From positions 1 through 32,583 of IMG/VR virus record IMGVR_UViG_3300045789_000375: a stretch of 32,583 nt of DNA; one strand, written 5' to 3'. The DNA is from a virus. Its lineage: Duplodnaviria; Caudoviricetes. The position numbers and the translations under genes were made by a program. The notes beneath the pieces are model-generated. The model did no database searches and was not told where the DNA came from. It saw only the letters and a program-made list of their open reading frames with translations. This document shows positions 30,229 through 32,583 of this stretch, piece after piece (the first letter of the stretch is position 1; each line of letters begins with the position of its first letter).

Positions 30229-31002
30229 TTAGTTTGATTTCTTATTTGTTGTTACTTCTGTAGCCTTCTCACCGAAGACCATGTCCAGCATACGTTCGAC
30301 TCCAAGGTCTCCCTGCTGTACTACTTTACCTAGACGCCCTTGGACGCGCTCTCCAGCCTCCCACTCAGGTGTGCGTTCGACGTACATACGTCGTACCTGA
30401 TAGGGGGCCTGCATTGGATCTGGATTTGGTTCCGTTTCCACTGTAAGAGCGCCAAGGATGTCATAGAAATACGGGGCCTGAATCGCTAGCTGGCCTTGTA
30501 GGTAAGGACGGTAAACGCCGTCCTGACCCTTACGCGCCATAGCGGTTAGAACCACGGCCTCAAGAGGCTGGGTAGGGTGCATCGTAAGGTCACGCAGGTC
30601 ACGAAGTAGTGCACCCATGTGGCGAAGTAGCTCGCCCCACTGTTGCATCTTCATTTGCTCTGTACCAGCGATGTTTTCCATGCACTTGACCTGCAGCTCC
30701 GAGATGGAGTCGATGATCAAGGACTTGAACTGGTGCTTCCCTGACTGAAGCCACTGGAAAGCCTTTATGACAACGTCATAGTTTCGGACTTGGACTACAA
30801 CAGTGTCCCAGGTACCGTCAGCTTGCGGTGGTTCTTCAGTTAGCGGATCCCAATACTTGATGGTGACAGGCAGGAAACGATGCCCACCTTCAACGTCAAG
30901 CATGAGACGTGGGTATGGAGATGTTACAGCAAAGCTGGACTTGCCAACCTTTGATTCGCCATAAACCATAATTGTTAAACTGCGATCTACTGTACTACTC
31001 AT
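30229..31002 (-). CDS. AAA_24 / Sak4-like recombination ATPase
   Basis: Walker A YGESKVGKS, LDVEGG, Walker B LIIDSISE and QQWG. It sits between the nuclease and SSB genes. Confidence 0.8.
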   Translation of the reverse strand: MSSTVDRSLTIMVYGESKVGKSSFAVTSPYPRLMLDVEGGHRFLPVTIKYWDPLTEEPPQADGTWDTVVVQVRNYDVVIKAFQWLQSGKHQFKSLIIDSISELQVKCMENIAGTEQMKMQQWGELLRHMGALLRDLRDLTMHPTQPLEAVVLTAMARKGQDGVYRPYLQGQLAIQAPYFYDILGALTVETEPNPDPMQAPYQVRRMYVERTPEWEAGERVQGRLGKVVQQGDLGVERMLDMVFGEKATEVTTNKKSN

Positions 31003-31943
31003 TACTCACTTCCCTTCTTTTCTTCTATTCCGTAGTAACCGTATGGGTCGGATGACTCAAACGAATCGCTCAGAGCGGCCTCTGCTGCCGAGCCGTCGTC
31101 AAACAGCGGGCAGATAGCGAAGAATTGACACTTCCATTTGCAGTCTTTGCTAGGAGTTGGGTAGGTATTTGCATAGTGACTACCTCCCTCGTCAAGAGCA
31201 TCACGGACACGAAGCATATCAGTAAGTGTCCCTTCTAGCTGCTCTAGGAATGCACGAAGTGTAAATCTATTGTGACGGACTTCAATCTGGTCATAGAACG
31301 GTGGCTTAGCATAAGCACCACGCTTGACCTTACGAAGCATAGTAAAGATGGCACCGTCAGTGCGAGTTCCGTCTTCTGACCCCTGTGCTTCATCTAGAAG
31401 CATGTAAGTCTTGACTTGCTCGTTCATGTGAGCCATAGAACCGAAGTCAGCGAAAGAGCCACCAACGGTCTTGAAGTCACGGATCATGCGAGCACCGTCA
31501 ATCTTACGACGGACGCGCATATCAATCTTGCCCTGGAGGATGACTTTGCCATCCATCATTGGGCGTTCTAGGATCTCTTCGGTCGAGATCATCTCAAGTT
31601 CAGCGTCAATGCCCTCTTCTTCTACCCACTCTAGGTAGCCTTCAAGCATAATGCGACCAAGCTCGGCTTCGGTCTCCAGCGATGATGTGTCTCTGTACGA
31701 GTCGTTTAGCTTCTTTAGGTCGTCCCTGACTAGGTCAGTGTGCGCCTCTAGAAGGTCCTGACCAGTCGAGTAGTGTCGGTCTAGAGCTTCGTGGATACGT
31801 GATCCCAGTGCGAGCGCACCTGTAAAGTTCTGTACCTTTGGTCGCATACGTCGATAGTAGGTCAACCACCAACGCCTACGGCAGTCTTTAAATGTTTGAA
31901 TCTCTGAGTTAGAGATCCTTACTGGTCCTGTTGCTGTTGTCAT
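31002..31943 (-). CDS. PD-(D/E)XK exonuclease, Cas4/AddB-like with Fe-S cysteines
   Basis: SNSEIQTFKDCRRRW, GSRIH, GKID, DFKT, Q...Y and a C-terminal CKWKCQFFAIC. Confidence 0.85.
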   Translation of the reverse strand: MTTATGPVRISNSEIQTFKDCRRRWWLTYYRRMRPKVQNFTGALALGSRIHEALDRHYSTGQDLLEAHTDLVRDDLKKLNDSYRDTSSLETEAELGRIMLEGYLEWVEEEGIDAELEMISTEEILERPMMDGKVILQGKIDMRVRRKIDGARMIRDFKTVGGSFADFGSMAHMNEQVKTYMLLDEAQGSEDGTRTDGAIFTMLRKVKRGAYAKPPFYDQIEVRHNRFTLRAFLEQLEGTLTDMLRVRDALDEGGSHYANTYPTPSKDCKWKCQFFAICPLFDDGSAAEAALSDSFESSDPYGYYGIEEKKGSE

Positions 31944-32581
31944 TATTTACCCGGTACTCCGTTCTTTAACATTTCCATTAGCTTTGCTCTGTCTCGTACA
32001 ATTTCATCGAAGTTATCAGACTTTACATCTAAAGCTTCAATAACTCTTTCTTCTATGGTTCCCTCTGTAACATAGTCAGTGATTATGATCGAATCATGAA
32101 TCTCTGAGCCAATCCTGTGTACTCGGTCCAAGGCCTGCCTGTGATCTACAAGCGACCATGGTCTTTGAAGCATAACAAGACGTCTAGCTTTTGTCAAGGT
32201 AACTCCAACACCACCCGCTTGGGCAGTAAACAAGATCCACTTAATTTTCCCGGCTTGGAAATCATCGATAGCCTGTTGACGCTCGTCTCCCGACTGAGCA
32301 CCAGTAATTAGGCCGTGGTTGATACCCTCTTTAGTCAAGCGTGCGCTCAGTATCTCAATAAGCTGACGAGATACGGCACAGACTGCAACCGAATCATCAC
32401 CAAAGTCGCCATTCTTCATGTCATCCATGAGAGCGTCAACCTTACAAGAGGGGTCGGACAGTCGAATCTTTTCCTCGCCGCTCTCGGACACCTCTACTTG
32501 AGCGTAGGCACTAGCAAACTGCAAGAGCCTAATCGCTTGAGTCAGAGGGTTAGGAGCTACAACTGCGTCTCCAGTCATCTC
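31943..32581 (-). CDS. SF2 (SNF2-like) helicase, C-terminal domain (5'-truncated by window edge)
   Basis: ITG...ERQQAIDDFQ.G, AGGVGVTLT.A, QALDRVHRIG and GTIEE. The frame is open to the window end. Confidence 0.88.
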   Translation of the reverse strand, partial: EMTGDAVVAPNPLTQAIRLLQFASAYAQVEVSESGEEKIRLSDPSCKVDALMDDMKNGDFGDDSVAVCAVSRQLIEILSARLTKEGINHGLITGAQSGDERQQAIDDFQAGKIKWILFTAQAGGVGVTLTKARRLVMLQRPWSLVDHRQALDRVHRIGSEIHDSIIITDYVTEGTIEERVIEALDVKSDNFDEIVRDRAKLMEMLKNGVPGK

Positions 32582-32583
32582 TT

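Noticed and set aside
31002-31943. Cas4 as part of a CRISPR-Cas system
   Set aside because: There are no other cas genes and no array. The context with Sak4-like ATPase and SSB indicates a phage recombination exonuclease.

Overview
The window is a 32.6-kb piece of a large tailed dsDNA phage genome. The host is most likely an actinobacterium, based on a WhiB-family gene, an NGGSSL-type membrane protein and several leaderless-type TAnnnT promoters. Bases 1-21131 (+ strand) hold a tail-fibre/virion-appendage region: collagen-like GxT fibres, two paralogous ~1000-aa proteins, and Ig and cupredoxin domains. This region is interrupted at ~4790-10700 by a self-contained cassette. The cassette encodes an FN3-FN3-(Pro/Phe decamer repeat)-Hint protein, then four prolyl-4-hydroxylase-like 2OG-Fe(II) oxygenases and two DUF6065-like proteins. 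It is the best candidate for an undescribed system: a phage-encoded, RiPP-like substrate-plus-tailoring-enzyme module. Bases 21128-32583 hold a primase-polymerase/SF3 helicase (-) and a four-gene + strand island (membrane protein, small Cys/His protein, metallophosphoesterase, GT2-TPR glycosyltransferase). They also hold a - strand operon with an SF2 helicase (partial), Cas4/AddB-like nuclease, Sak4-like ATPase, SSB, a putative GT-B glycosyltransferase and a WhiB-zinc-ribbon fusion. No tRNA, rRNA, CRISPR array or integrase was seen. All family calls come from motif recognition by eye, not from database searches.
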